From positions 7,729 to 71,728 of the forward strand of contig JAHEKF010000007.1 of NCBI GenBank assembly GCA_024638465.1: 64,000 bases of DNA, given 5' to 3'. The notes under the pieces are model-generated. The model worked only from the letters and a program-made list of their open reading frames with translations, made no database searches and was not told the origin of the DNA. The position numbers and the translations under genes were made by a program. Source of the stretch: Rhodospirillaceae bacterium (lineage in GTDB: Bacteria; Pseudomonadota; Gammaproteobacteria; Steroidobacterales; Rariloculaceae). This document shows positions 8,997 through 18,217 of this stretch, in pieces (positions within the stretch are counted from its first letter, which is position 1; each line of letters opens with the position of its first letter).

Positions 8997-9809
8997 ATGA
9001 ACGATTTCGGAAATAAGCGTGCAAGTGTCGCCGGCGCCGTAGTTGCGGTGATGCTGGCTTTTCATTGCTTGCCGTCGGTATCGCAGGAACAAGCGAGGCC
9101 CGACCTCAACGGTATCTGGAACGGTACGGTGACGTCGACTCAGCATCCGCTCTGGACCGTGGAGGAATTATTCCAGTGCAACTGTACGCCGGAGGCTTAC
9201 GAGTATCTCAATGAGCTGCTCTACAATCCGGCTTACGATCACATGTCTGCCGAAGACATTATCGACGAGGTTGCGCGCTTCAATAGCGAACAGATCGCCT
9301 CGCTCTTTACCGATGAGGCGCGCGCATACGCCGAGGCTTTCGATCATGCGAACGATCCCGCCATTCAATGCGAATATTTCGGTGCGTTTCGCACGATCAT
9401 GCATAACGATCCGATACTGATCGAGCAGACCGACGACCGAATCACGATCTATCCGGAGGACATGGCATCGGACCGTGTCATCTACATGGACGAGCGTCCT
9501 CATCCGGACGATATCCTGTCGCCGCTCGGGCACTCGATCGGTTGGTACGAGGGCAATACGCTCGTTATCGAGACCGTCGGTGTGAGCGCGGCGATCGCTG
9601 ACGACAACCTTTCCATTCACAACACCGACGGGGCGAGAAGCATCGAGCGGTACACGATCAGTGATGACGGTACCCATCTCGTCATGGATTTCACGATTTT
9701 CGATCCGAATACATTTATCGAACCGCTGACGCTGAGGCGTACGCGGATATTCACGCCCGACTGGACCATTGAAGATGCGCCCTGCGAGTCGATCTCCGGG
9801 CAACGTTAA
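8997..9809 (+). CDS. Secreted 'module C' protein, stand-alone
   Basis: Signal peptide, LNGIW, IQCEYFG, LGHSIGWYEGNTLVIETVG, FDPNTFIEP, APCES. ATG 8997 with GGGGAG upstream (TTG 8991 is an alternative). Confidence 0.6.
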   Translation: MNDFGNKRASVAGAVVAVMLAFHCLPSVSQEQARPDLNGIWNGTVTSTQHPLWTVEELFQCNCTPEAYEYLNELLYNPAYDHMSAEDIIDEVARFNSEQIASLFTDEARAYAEAFDHANDPAIQCEYFGAFRTIMHNDPILIEQTDDRITIYPEDMASDRVIYMDERPHPDDILSPLGHSIGWYEGNTLVIETVGVSAAIADDNLSIHNTDGARSIERYTISDDGTHLVMDFTIFDPNTFIEPLTLRRTRIFTPDWTIEDAPCESISGQR

Positions 9810-9822
9810 AGGAGGTAGAGCG

Positions 9823-10275
9823 ATGACCATCAGAACAGTCTTGTACTTCGCGATTCCGGCTCTCGCTGCGGGCGCGACGATCGCGCATCACAATCCCAAC
9901 GCGCATTACATCGTCGGCCAAAGCATCGAGATCGATGGTGTCGTAACGGAGTTTCGCGGCGTCAATCCGCACTCGCGAATCTATTTCGAGTCCACGAACG
10001 ACGCAGGGGAGACCGAGGAGTGGATGGCCGAAGGCGACAGCATTATTAATCTGCGACGCGCCGGCTGGGCCGATGACGAGATTCAGCCGGGTGACCGGAT
10101 CCATATTCAGGGCCGGCCGTCCCGGCACGGCCGCAACCTCGTCGAGTGGCAGATCATCACGCGCCTGGACGGTGCGGAACTCGGCGGCGGTAACGGCCAG
10201 CAGACCGAGCGCTATCGCTATATGGATGAGAGACTCGCCGAGTTTCGGCGCCAGCGCGACGCCGGCGGGCGATGA
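9823..10275 (+). CDS. Secreted 'module N' protein, stand-alone
   Basis: AAAGGAGG ribosome-binding site. ...AGATIA|HHNPN, DGVVTEFRGVNPH, WMAE, GWADD, GDRIHIQG. Confidence 0.7.
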   Translation: MTIRTVLYFAIPALAAGATIAHHNPNAHYIVGQSIEIDGVVTEFRGVNPHSRIYFESTNDAGETEEWMAEGDSIINLRRAGWADDEIQPGDRIHIQGRPSRHGRNLVEWQIITRLDGAELGGGNGQQTERYRYMDERLAEFRRQRDAGGR

Positions 10276-11367
10276 ATGCCGCTTCGCGAGTGCATTCCGG
10301 GCGACTTTCACAAGAGACTTCACGTGAGACTGCGTAATGTCGCTTTGGTCGCGTTGTTGCTGGCGTCGCCGGGTTTCGGTCACCATAGCGATGCGGGTCT
10401 CGATATGGACTCGACCGTGGTACTGGAGGGCACGGTTCTCGAATACAACTTCCGCAACCCGCACGTCTATATCATCGTCGCAGTGGCAGACGACACGGGC
10501 GACACGGTCGAGTGGGAGCTGCAAACGAGCTCAACGATAACGGTCATGCGAATGGGCTGGACACGCGACTCGCTCGCAGCCGGTGACGATGTGACATTCT
10601 CCGTGCATGCGGCATTCGATGGTCGACCCTATGGTCTGCTCAATACGATTCAAAAAGCCGATGGCGAAATTCTGGCGACCTCCTTTTACGACACTTCGGG
10701 CGAGCCGCGAATCGAGAGCCCCGTGGCGCTTCAGAGCGCAAGCTCTCTGGAGGGCAAGTGGATCGCGGACGGTGACAAACTCGTCGACTATCCGGGCGGT
10801 TTCGACGGATTTTTTCGCGCGCAGCTCACGCTCAACGACAAAGCGCTCGCGGCGCAGGCAGCCTACAACGAGCTCTCCAGCGAAAATCCGAATGCAACAT
10901 GCGTCGGCCGCCCGACGCCAGCGCTCATCGTCAATACGCTGCTTTACCCACTCGAGATCGAGTATCTCGATGATGGCGACATCGTTGCTATTCGCAGCGA
11001 ATTCTTCGACGAGGAGCGCTTCGTGTACATGGATGGTCGCGACCATCCGTCTGGCAGTGATCGATTCGATCTCGGCCATTCGATTGGTCGTTGGGAGGGT
11101 GATGTACTGGTCGTCGATACGCGAAATTTCGCGGATCACCGTTCACCGTATCAAACAGGTGTGCCTTCCGGGGGTGAGAAGCACGTGGTCGAACGCTTCG
11201 AGCTCAGCGACGACGGTACGCGAATATTCGTCGAGTTCATGCTGGAGGATCCTGAGTATCTTGTTGGTTCGATGACGCATCGTCGCGAGCTCATTTACGT
11301 TCCGGATCACGAGATGGTCGAGTTCGACTGCGATATAGAAGCGACGTCGCGCTTCGTTACGGAGTAG
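10276..11367 (+). CDS. Secreted fusion of module N and module C
   Basis: ...SPGFG|HHSDA, EGTVLEYNFRNPH, WELQ, GWTRD; then LEGKW, ATCVGRP, LGHSIGRWEGDVLVVDTRN, EDPEYL, EFDCD. The start abuts the previous stop (alternative GTG at 10324). Confidence 0.7.
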   Translation: MPLRECIPGDFHKRLHVRLRNVALVALLLASPGFGHHSDAGLDMDSTVVLEGTVLEYNFRNPHVYIIVAVADDTGDTVEWELQTSSTITVMRMGWTRDSLAAGDDVTFSVHAAFDGRPYGLLNTIQKADGEILATSFYDTSGEPRIESPVALQSASSLEGKWIADGDKLVDYPGGFDGFFRAQLTLNDKALAAQAAYNELSSENPNATCVGRPTPALIVNTLLYPLEIEYLDDGDIVAIRSEFFDEERFVYMDGRDHPSGSDRFDLGHSIGRWEGDVLVVDTRNFADHRSPYQTGVPSGGEKHVVERFELSDDGTRIFVEFMLEDPEYLVGSMTHRRELIYVPDHEMVEFDCDIEATSRFVTE

Positions 11368-11382
11368 TCGCCGGTCCGTCGA

Positions 11383-11391
11383 GGGGGGGGG
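11383..11391 (+). repeat. Homopolymeric G9 tract forming the ribosome-binding region 2 nt upstream of the ATG at 11394
   Basis: Read directly from the sequence: gag-ggggggggg-at-ATG. Confidence 0.9.
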
Positions 11392-11393
11392 AT

Positions 11394-12422
11394 ATGCAAC
11401 GCAGCCTGGGCCTTACGATCGTGCTTTCGTTGCCGGCAATGGCAACGGCGCATCATTCACGTTCTCATTATCCTGAAGTCATCGAGGAGGTCACTGGCGA
11501 ACTCGTCGCCGTCCATTGGGTCAATCCGCATGTCGGTTTCGAGATCGACGTTATCGACGACGCCGGCCAGACGGAGCGTTGGCGCATCGAAGGCATATCG
11601 AACCTCGGTAACATGCGACGCGGCGGCGTCGGCAGCGAGATCTTTAACATCGGTGAGCAGGTGACCTTTGCGGGGAGCGTATCTGTACGCCGTGAGCGCG
11701 ACATGCTCGCGTCGAACGTCTTGCTGGAGAACGGCACCGAGGTCGTCCTTGGGCAAAACGAACCATTGCGTTGGACCGCTGGTAACGTGGAGTTGAAGCC
11801 GCAACCAACGGGGACCAACTCTATGGTCGATGCGCTCGCCGAGAATCGCGGGCTGTGGCGCGTCTGGAGCAATGTTCCGGATGGCGTCGGGCAGCGTACG
11901 GATTTTCGCTTCTCGCAAGCGGCCATCGACGCGCGCGCGGAGTGGAACGAGATAGATAACTACGCCGAGCGCTGCGTTGATGAGGGAATGCCGCGCATCA
12001 TGCGCAATCCGCATCCGTTCGAGTTCATCGACAACGGCGATGAGATCGAAATCGTTTCCGAGCTCTACGATCTCACTCGCTTCGTACACATGGGTCAGGA
12101 TGAGCCGCCCGCCGGCACGGAACCGTCCCTGCTCGGCTATTCAGTTGGCCGCTGGGAAGATGAGACGCTCGTGGTTACGACATCGCTCATCAGCTGGCCC
12201 TACTTCGACAATATTGGTACGCCACAGTCGGACAACGCCTGGATGGTCGAGGAATTCACGGTCAGCGAAGATCAGGCGCGGCTGGACTACCGCTTCACGT
12301 TCAACGATCCGGTTTACTTCGCTGAGCCCGCCGTCTACGAAAGATACTGGCTTGCGCTTGGCGACGAGATCGAAGTCTACGACTGCCAGGTGTTCGGCGA
12401 GTCCGTCTCCGGGCTCGAATGA
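11394..12422 (+). CDS. Secreted fusion of module N and module C
   Basis: ...AMATA|HHSRS, GELVAVHWVNPH, WRIE; then RGLWRVW, ERCVDEG, LGYSVGRWEDETLVVTTS, NDPVYFAEP, VYDCQ. Confidence 0.7.
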   Translation: MQRSLGLTIVLSLPAMATAHHSRSHYPEVIEEVTGELVAVHWVNPHVGFEIDVIDDAGQTERWRIEGISNLGNMRRGGVGSEIFNIGEQVTFAGSVSVRRERDMLASNVLLENGTEVVLGQNEPLRWTAGNVELKPQPTGTNSMVDALAENRGLWRVWSNVPDGVGQRTDFRFSQAAIDARAEWNEIDNYAERCVDEGMPRIMRNPHPFEFIDNGDEIEIVSELYDLTRFVHMGQDEPPAGTEPSLLGYSVGRWEDETLVVTTSLISWPYFDNIGTPQSDNAWMVEEFTVSEDQARLDYRFTFNDPVYFAEPAVYERYWLALGDEIEVYDCQVFGESVSGLE

Positions 12423-12459
12423 GGCGCTTGCCCGTTCTTGCCAATGCCCGGATCGACGG

Positions 12460-13179
12460 TTGACGGCTGTCAGGGTCACGCCGCGTAGTCGCTGGCAGCG
12501 CTGGGTGCACACGCCCCGGGCGCTGCCGTTTCGAAGGATGCTCTACCAGATCCACTTGTGGGTCGGCATCGGAATCGGCCTCTACATCGTTTTTATCAGC
12601 GTAACCGGGAGCGCCGTCGTATTTCGACGCGAATTCGGACGTTGGTTCATCACGGAAGACAACAGCTTTCCCTGGCAGGTCCGGACCATGGAATGGTTCG
12701 TGGATCTTCATGACAATCTTCTTGCGGGCGCGCTCGGTCGTGACATCAATGGTGTCTTCGCGATCCTCTGCCTTGTGCTCGTGCTGACGGGCGCGATCAT
12801 CTGGTGGCCCGGACGAAAACGCTGGCGTCGCAGCATCGTGCCCTCCCGACCGTCGACGACGCACCGATTCTCCTGGCATCTGCACAGCGCGATCGGCTTG
12901 TGGGCTTACGTGCTTTTGTTCGGCTGGGCGTTTACCGGAATCTACTTCGCGTTCCCCGAGCCGTTCGAGTGGTTCTTCAATAACTTCGACTCGGACCCTA
13001 CCGACTTCGAGCGGCCGGGCGAGAGCGTGCTGCTTGCGCTCATCCGCTGGCACTTCGGTCGCTTCGGCGGACTCGAGATCCGGATACTGTGGGTAATACT
13101 CGGATTAATTCCGGCCGCACTGTTTATCACGGGCTTTATCGTGTGGTGGAAGCGCGTGGTTAGCGAGCACTGGCGGTAA
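12460..13179 (+). CDS. PepSY-associated TM-helix (PepSY_TM) membrane protein, short form
   Basis: RRMLYQIHLWVGIGIGLYIVFISVTGSAVVFRREF is the typical PepSY_TM opening. Four predicted TM segments carry His residues (HLW, DLHDN, WHLHSAIGLW, RWHFGRFGG). Possible starts are TTG 12460, GTG 12505 or ATG 12538. The track start at 11977 is an overlap artefact. Confidence 0.7.
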   Translation: MTAVRVTPRSRWQRWVHTPRALPFRRMLYQIHLWVGIGIGLYIVFISVTGSAVVFRREFGRWFITEDNSFPWQVRTMEWFVDLHDNLLAGALGRDINGVFAILCLVLVLTGAIIWWPGRKRWRRSIVPSRPSTTHRFSWHLHSAIGLWAYVLLFGWAFTGIYFAFPEPFEWFFNNFDSDPTDFERPGESVLLALIRWHFGRFGGLEIRILWVILGLIPAALFITGFIVWWKRVVSEHWR

Positions 13180-13216
13180 CCGGAACAGGCCGGTTCTGTC
13201 TCTCCGCCCGGAATCC

Positions 13217-13963
13217 ATGTATCGTGCCGCCGTGGATACAGTCTCGCTGCCTGATTGGCCTGCAAAGGCCGCCCTGTTTCTCGACGTCGACGGCACACTG
13301 CTCGAGTTTGCGGACAAACCGCACCTCGTCGAGCGCCCACCGCGTTTCCTCGCTTTGCTGGAGCGTCTCCACGGCGAAATTCCCGTCGCTTTCATCAGCG
13401 GCCGGTCGATCGACGATCTCGATCGAATTCTTGCGCCGCATCGTTTTCCGCTCGCCGGTATCCACGGTGCCGAGAGACGAAATCACGCGGGCGAGCGTTC
13501 GCTGGCGGAATCGAATCCCGACGCACTGAAGGACGCGCGAGCGGTCATCGACGCGTTTCATTCGAAGCACGACGGACTCGTTCTCGAAGACAAGGCAGTA
13601 GGGTTGGCGCTGCATTTCCGCCTCCGACCCGATCTCGAGGATGACGTTCACGCGCTGGAGCGGCGACTCGACGAGATGCTGCCCTCGGGCTACGGTGTCA
13701 TGCGCGGCAAGATGCTGATCGAGGTCTACACGAGCAGTGTCGACAAGGGCACCGCGATTCGCGAATTTATGGACGAGGAGCCGTTCGCAGGTGCTACGCC
13801 GGTCTTCATCGGTGACGATGTCACCGATGAAGCGGGGTTTGTCGTGGTTAACGAGTTGGGCGGGATCTCCATAAAGGTGAACGACGGTGATACCGTAGCG
13901 CAGTCGCGGCTGCCCGACGTCAGTGCGGTCATCGGATGGCTCGAGCAGGTGCTCCCCGGTTAA
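13217..13963 (+). CDS. otsB: Trehalose-6-phosphate phosphatase
   Basis: HAD motif FLDVDGTLLEF, SGR, and GDDVTDE near the C-terminus. It lies in a cluster with otsA. Confidence 0.85.
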   Translation: MYRAAVDTVSLPDWPAKAALFLDVDGTLLEFADKPHLVERPPRFLALLERLHGEIPVAFISGRSIDDLDRILAPHRFPLAGIHGAERRNHAGERSLAESNPDALKDARAVIDAFHSKHDGLVLEDKAVGLALHFRLRPDLEDDVHALERRLDEMLPSGYGVMRGKMLIEVYTSSVDKGTAIREFMDEEPFAGATPVFIGDDVTDEAGFVVVNELGGISIKVNDGDTVAQSRLPDVSAVIGWLEQVLPG

Positions 13964-13976
13964 TCAGGAACAGAAA

Positions 13977-15770
13977 GTGTCAAATCTCGAATTGGGTGTT
14001 ATAGGCAATTGCCAGATCGCGGTCCTCGTCGATCAGATGGGACGTTATGTCTGGGGTTCGTTCCCGCGTATGGACAGCGATCCGTTCTTTTGCACGCTAC
14101 TGGATCCGAAACAGCAGGACGGTCCTATCGGCTGCTTCGAGATCGAACTCCTGAATTTCGAATCCGCCGAACAGCGTTACGTCGAGAATACCGCAATACT
14201 CGAGACTATCTTGCGTGACGATCGCGGCGGTGTACTGAAGATCGTCGATTTCGCGCCGCGCTATAACCTGTTCGGGCGCAGCTTCCACCCGATCATGACG
14301 ATACGAAACATCATTCCGGCTGCGGGAAGTCCCGTGGTCCGCATCAAGCTGCGCCCGGCCGCGAATTATGGTTCCCGCCCCACGACCCAAACCTACGGCA
14401 GTAACCACGTTCGCTTCGAGAACGGCGATTACACACTGCGATTAACTACCAACGTACCAATCTCGACGGTCCTCGACGGCAGCTCGTTCATCGTCGAGCA
14501 TTCGATGGCGCTGATACTCGGTCCGGACGAGTCGGTGCCCGACGACCCCGTCAAAACCTGTCGCGAGATGTATGGCGAGACTAAGAATTACTGGCAAGGG
14601 TGGAGTCGCGCATTGTCGATTCCGTTCGAATGGCAGCGTGAAGTCATACGGGCGGCTATTACGCTAAAGCTCTGCACCTTCGAAGACACGGGGGCGGTCC
14701 TCGCAGCGCACACGACGTCGGTGCCCGAAGCGGCGAACAGCGGGCGCAACTGGGATTATCGATACTGCTGGCTTCGCGACAGCTATTACACGGTGCAGGC
14801 ACTGAACCGGCTCGGTGCTACGCGAACGATGAAAGAGTTCCTCCGCTACCTGTTCAATCTCATCGCCGAGTTCGACAATGACGAGGAGCAGTTGCAGCCC
14901 GTCTACGGGATCTCGGGCCTTGCCGAGCTGACCGAGTCCCAGGTAGACAGTCTTGCGGGATACCGCGGCATGGGTCCGGTTCGCATCGGCAACGATGCCT
15001 ATCGCCAGGTGCAGAACGACGTCTATGGTGCAGTCGTTCTCGCGTCGACGCAGAGCTTTTTCGACAAGCGCCTGGTGGAGTACGGCAGCGCAGAGGAATT
15101 TTCGCGACTGGAAAAACTCGGCGAGCAGGCAGCGCAACTTTATGACCAGCCTGATGCGGGTATCTGGGAGTTCCGAGGTCGCGAGGCAGTCCACACCTAT
15201 TCGAGCATCATGTGCTGGGCCGCCTGCGACCGGCTGGCACGAATTGCGACGGAGCTCGGGATTGACGCTCGTGCCGACCACTGGTCGGGTACCGCGAACC
15301 GTATTCGGGAAACGATAATAGAGAGAGCATGGAGCGAAGACCGCAAATGCTTCGTTTCGAGCTTCGGCGGCAACGATCTCGATGCGAGCCTGCTCATTAT
15401 GACTGACGTCGGTTTCATCGGTCCGCAGGATCCGCGTTTCCTCGCGACGCTCGACGCGATAGAAAAGGAGCTGAAACAGGGCCCTTATATGTTCCGCTAC
15501 AACAATGCGGACGATTTCGGATTGCCGGAGACCGCATTCAACGTCTGCACATTCTGGTACATCAACGCGCTGGCGGCTGTTGGACGGCGCGAAGAGGCAA
15601 GAGAGCTTTTCGAGAATATGCTCGCTCGACGCAATTCCCTCGGGCTTCTGTCGGAAGATCTCGATCCGAAGACTGGTGAACTCTGGGGCAATTTCCCACA
15701 AACCTACAGCATGGTGGGTATTATCATGGGCGCTATGCGTCTAAGTAGATCCTGGGAGGAGGCTTTGTGA
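13977..15770 (+). CDS. Glycoside hydrolase family 15 (glucoamylase/trehalase-like)
   Basis: LELGVIGNCQIAVLVD N-terminus, SVPEAANSGRNWDYRYCWLRD and FPQTYSMVG motifs typical of bacterial GH15. GTG 13977 chosen as the start. Confidence 0.85.
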   Translation: MSNLELGVIGNCQIAVLVDQMGRYVWGSFPRMDSDPFFCTLLDPKQQDGPIGCFEIELLNFESAEQRYVENTAILETILRDDRGGVLKIVDFAPRYNLFGRSFHPIMTIRNIIPAAGSPVVRIKLRPAANYGSRPTTQTYGSNHVRFENGDYTLRLTTNVPISTVLDGSSFIVEHSMALILGPDESVPDDPVKTCREMYGETKNYWQGWSRALSIPFEWQREVIRAAITLKLCTFEDTGAVLAAHTTSVPEAANSGRNWDYRYCWLRDSYYTVQALNRLGATRTMKEFLRYLFNLIAEFDNDEEQLQPVYGISGLAELTESQVDSLAGYRGMGPVRIGNDAYRQVQNDVYGAVVLASTQSFFDKRLVEYGSAEEFSRLEKLGEQAAQLYDQPDAGIWEFRGREAVHTYSSIMCWAACDRLARIATELGIDARADHWSGTANRIRETIIERAWSEDRKCFVSSFGGNDLDASLLIMTDVGFIGPQDPRFLATLDAIEKELKQGPYMFRYNNADDFGLPETAFNVCTFWYINALAAVGRREEARELFENMLARRNSLGLLSEDLDPKTGELWGNFPQTYSMVGIIMGAMRLSRSWEEAL

Positions 15771-17203
15771 GCCGAATTGTCGCGATATCGAACCGCGTCG
15801 CGATACCAACCAGTGGAAAGTCGGCCGGAGGATTGGCCGTGGGCGTGCTCGCTGCGCTCAAAGAACGCGGCGGCGTATGGTTCGGATGGAGCGGCAAGAC
15901 AACCGGAAGTGAGCCTCGAGACCCGGAAGTAAAGACGATCGATAACATCGACTTCGTCACGATAGATCTGAACCGTCAAGACTTCGCGGGCTACTACAAC
16001 GGCTTCAGTAACAACTCGCTATGGCCGTTGTTACATTTTATGGTGGGCTACTTTACGTTTAGCAGGTCGCACTATCAGGCCTACCGACGCGTTAACGAGT
16101 TCTTCGCGCGCAAGCTGATGTCGGTGATTCAGCCCGACGATCTGATCTGGGTGCACGACTATCACCTGTTTCCATTGGGTGCGGAGCTGCGGCGAGCCGG
16201 GGTGGATCAGCCGATCGGCTTCTTCTTGCACGTGCCCTTCCCTAGTTTCGATGTGTTGCGTGTCCTGCCTGGTTATCGAGCTGTATTGAGTGAGCTGGCA
16301 GCCTACGACGTGGTTGGCTTCCAGACCGCGCGGGATCTGTGGGCGTTCCATGACTGTGTGACTCAGCCGGAGATCGGCGGAGGAATCGCGAAGGATGGTC
16401 GAGTAACTGCATTCGGCAGGACGTTTCAGGCCAAGGTTTTTCCGATTGGTATCGACGTCGACGATTGCGCATCTGCGGCCGAGAAATTCTCTAACAACAC
16501 ACAACTGCACCAGCTCGCGAGCAGTCTCGAGGACAGGAAGCTGATTGTCGGAATCGATCGTCTGGATTACAGCAAGGGTCTGGCCTTACGATTCCGCGGA
16601 TTCGAATCGCTACTCGAAAACTATCCGTCCACGCGCGGCAAAGTCACCTATATGCAGATTGCCCCGCCAACGCGCGCGGGCGTTCGTACCTATGACGACA
16701 TACGAGAAGGCCTGGAAAGGACGGCCGGCAACATCAACGGGCGCTTCGCGGAGATGGATTGGGTCCCGATCCGCTATCTGAACCGAGGCTATCGGCGGGA
16801 ACTGGTCATGGCGATTCTGAGGCTGGCGTCTGTCGGGCTTGTGACACCGATTCGCGACGGCATGAACCTGGTGGCGAAAGAATTCGTCGCAAGCCAGGAT
16901 CCCGAAGATCCGGGGATGCTCGTATTGTCGACCCTGGCTGGTGCTGCGTACGAGCTTCAGGACGCCGTTCTCGTCAACCCGTACGATCGACAGAGTGTCG
17001 CTGACGGTCTGCAGATTGCCATCGAGATGCCGCTCGATGAACGGCAAGAGCGCCATCGTTCAATGATGGAGATATTGCGGCGTAACGACATTCATGCCTG
17101 GAGCCGGGGTTTTGTCGAGGCGCTTCAAACCGACCCTCTCACCGCGAGCGGCTCATTGGCCATTCCAAATCCTCATACGCTGGTATCCGGGATCGACGAC
17201 TAG
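15767..17203 (+). CDS. otsA: Alpha,alpha-trehalose-phosphate synthase (GT20)
   Basis: SNRV...GGLA, WFGWSG, LWPLLH, WVHDYHL, DRLDYSKG and DGMNLVAKEF motifs. The GTG start overlaps the GH15 stop (GTGA). Confidence 0.9.
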   Translation: MSRIVAISNRVAIPTSGKSAGGLAVGVLAALKERGGVWFGWSGKTTGSEPRDPEVKTIDNIDFVTIDLNRQDFAGYYNGFSNNSLWPLLHFMVGYFTFSRSHYQAYRRVNEFFARKLMSVIQPDDLIWVHDYHLFPLGAELRRAGVDQPIGFFLHVPFPSFDVLRVLPGYRAVLSELAAYDVVGFQTARDLWAFHDCVTQPEIGGGIAKDGRVTAFGRTFQAKVFPIGIDVDDCASAAEKFSNNTQLHQLASSLEDRKLIVGIDRLDYSKGLALRFRGFESLLENYPSTRGKVTYMQIAPPTRAGVRTYDDIREGLERTAGNINGRFAEMDWVPIRYLNRGYRRELVMAILRLASVGLVTPIRDGMNLVAKEFVASQDPEDPGMLVLSTLAGAAYELQDAVLVNPYDRQSVADGLQIAIEMPLDERQERHRSMMEILRRNDIHAWSRGFVEALQTDPLTASGSLAIPNPHTLVSGIDD

Positions 17204-17304
17204 CCGCTGCGGAAAGATTTTTTATCTTCCGCTGATAGACGAATCATCGTTACGCCGATATTCTGTCAACTAACTCGGATCTGAGGCGTTGTATGTCCTG
17301 AACG

Positions 17305-18012
17305 ATGGAGGGCATAGCCATGGATCCAAGGCAGAATTTGCTACCCCGCTTCTTTGCGATGATGCTGGCCGGCGCAACACTGAGTGCCTGTTCGACCACG
17401 GCGGAGCGCGATGCGGAGACCGCCGCCGCCACCACGACCGCCGCGCCGGTCGATTTAAGCGGCGAGTGGATCATCAATTACCCCTTGAGTGACGATCCGA
17501 GCGAAGTGCTCGGCGACGGGACGTCGGCTTCCGAATCGGGTTTCGGATTGCTCAAGAGTATCGGCTACAGCATTGGGGTTTACGGTATCTCAGTCGGCGA
17601 CATTGCCGACATGCTGCCCCGCCGGGAGAGGGAAGAGCCCGTCATACCGCACGAAATCACCGATGCCATGGATGAACTCAGCGTGGTTCAGGACGAGGCC
17701 ACGATCGAGATCACCTATGACCAGGTATCGACCGTGGTCTACAGGAATGGCGAAACGCCGAGTGACGCGGATTCTTACGAATCGGCCATCTGGCAGGAAG
17801 GCGCGTTCGTTGTGCGTCGCGAGCCCACGGACGGTCTCGCGATTGGCGAGACTTTTCTGCTCGCGCCTGACGGTAAGCAGTTGATCTGGATAGTAACTTT
17901 CGAGCTGCCGAACGGTGATGATCTCGAGATCACGCGAATCTACGACCGTCGTATCGAGCCACCGCCGAGTCCCGCGAACAGCGCCGGCTTCGTCGCCGCC
18001 AGGGGACCATAA
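17305..18012 (+). CDS. Hypothetical lipoprotein
   Basis: Lipobox LSAC after a hydrophobic stretch (FFAMMLAGATLSAC). I recognise no family. Confidence 0.5.
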   Translation: MEGIAMDPRQNLLPRFFAMMLAGATLSACSTTAERDAETAAATTTAAPVDLSGEWIINYPLSDDPSEVLGDGTSASESGFGLLKSIGYSIGVYGISVGDIADMLPRREREEPVIPHEITDAMDELSVVQDEATIEITYDQVSTVVYRNGETPSDADSYESAIWQEGAFVVRREPTDGLAIGETFLLAPDGKQLIWIVTFELPNGDDLEITRIYDRRIEPPPSPANSAGFVAARGP

Positions 18013-18217
18013 CCCGCTCGCGTCGTTACCCGGGTCGCCAGCAGCATACGCCTCCTGCGGCCAAGCCTCTTTTCGCGCCGATGGCGCCCGAACCCGGCGT
18101 TTTTGCGGCGCAACAAACTGTGACGGGAGACCGGTTTTTATCGCCTGACACTTGCTAACCTATTGATCGTTAAGCGTATTGGGTCTTGGGGAGTTCGCGC
18201 AGTCTTGCGATGAAGCG

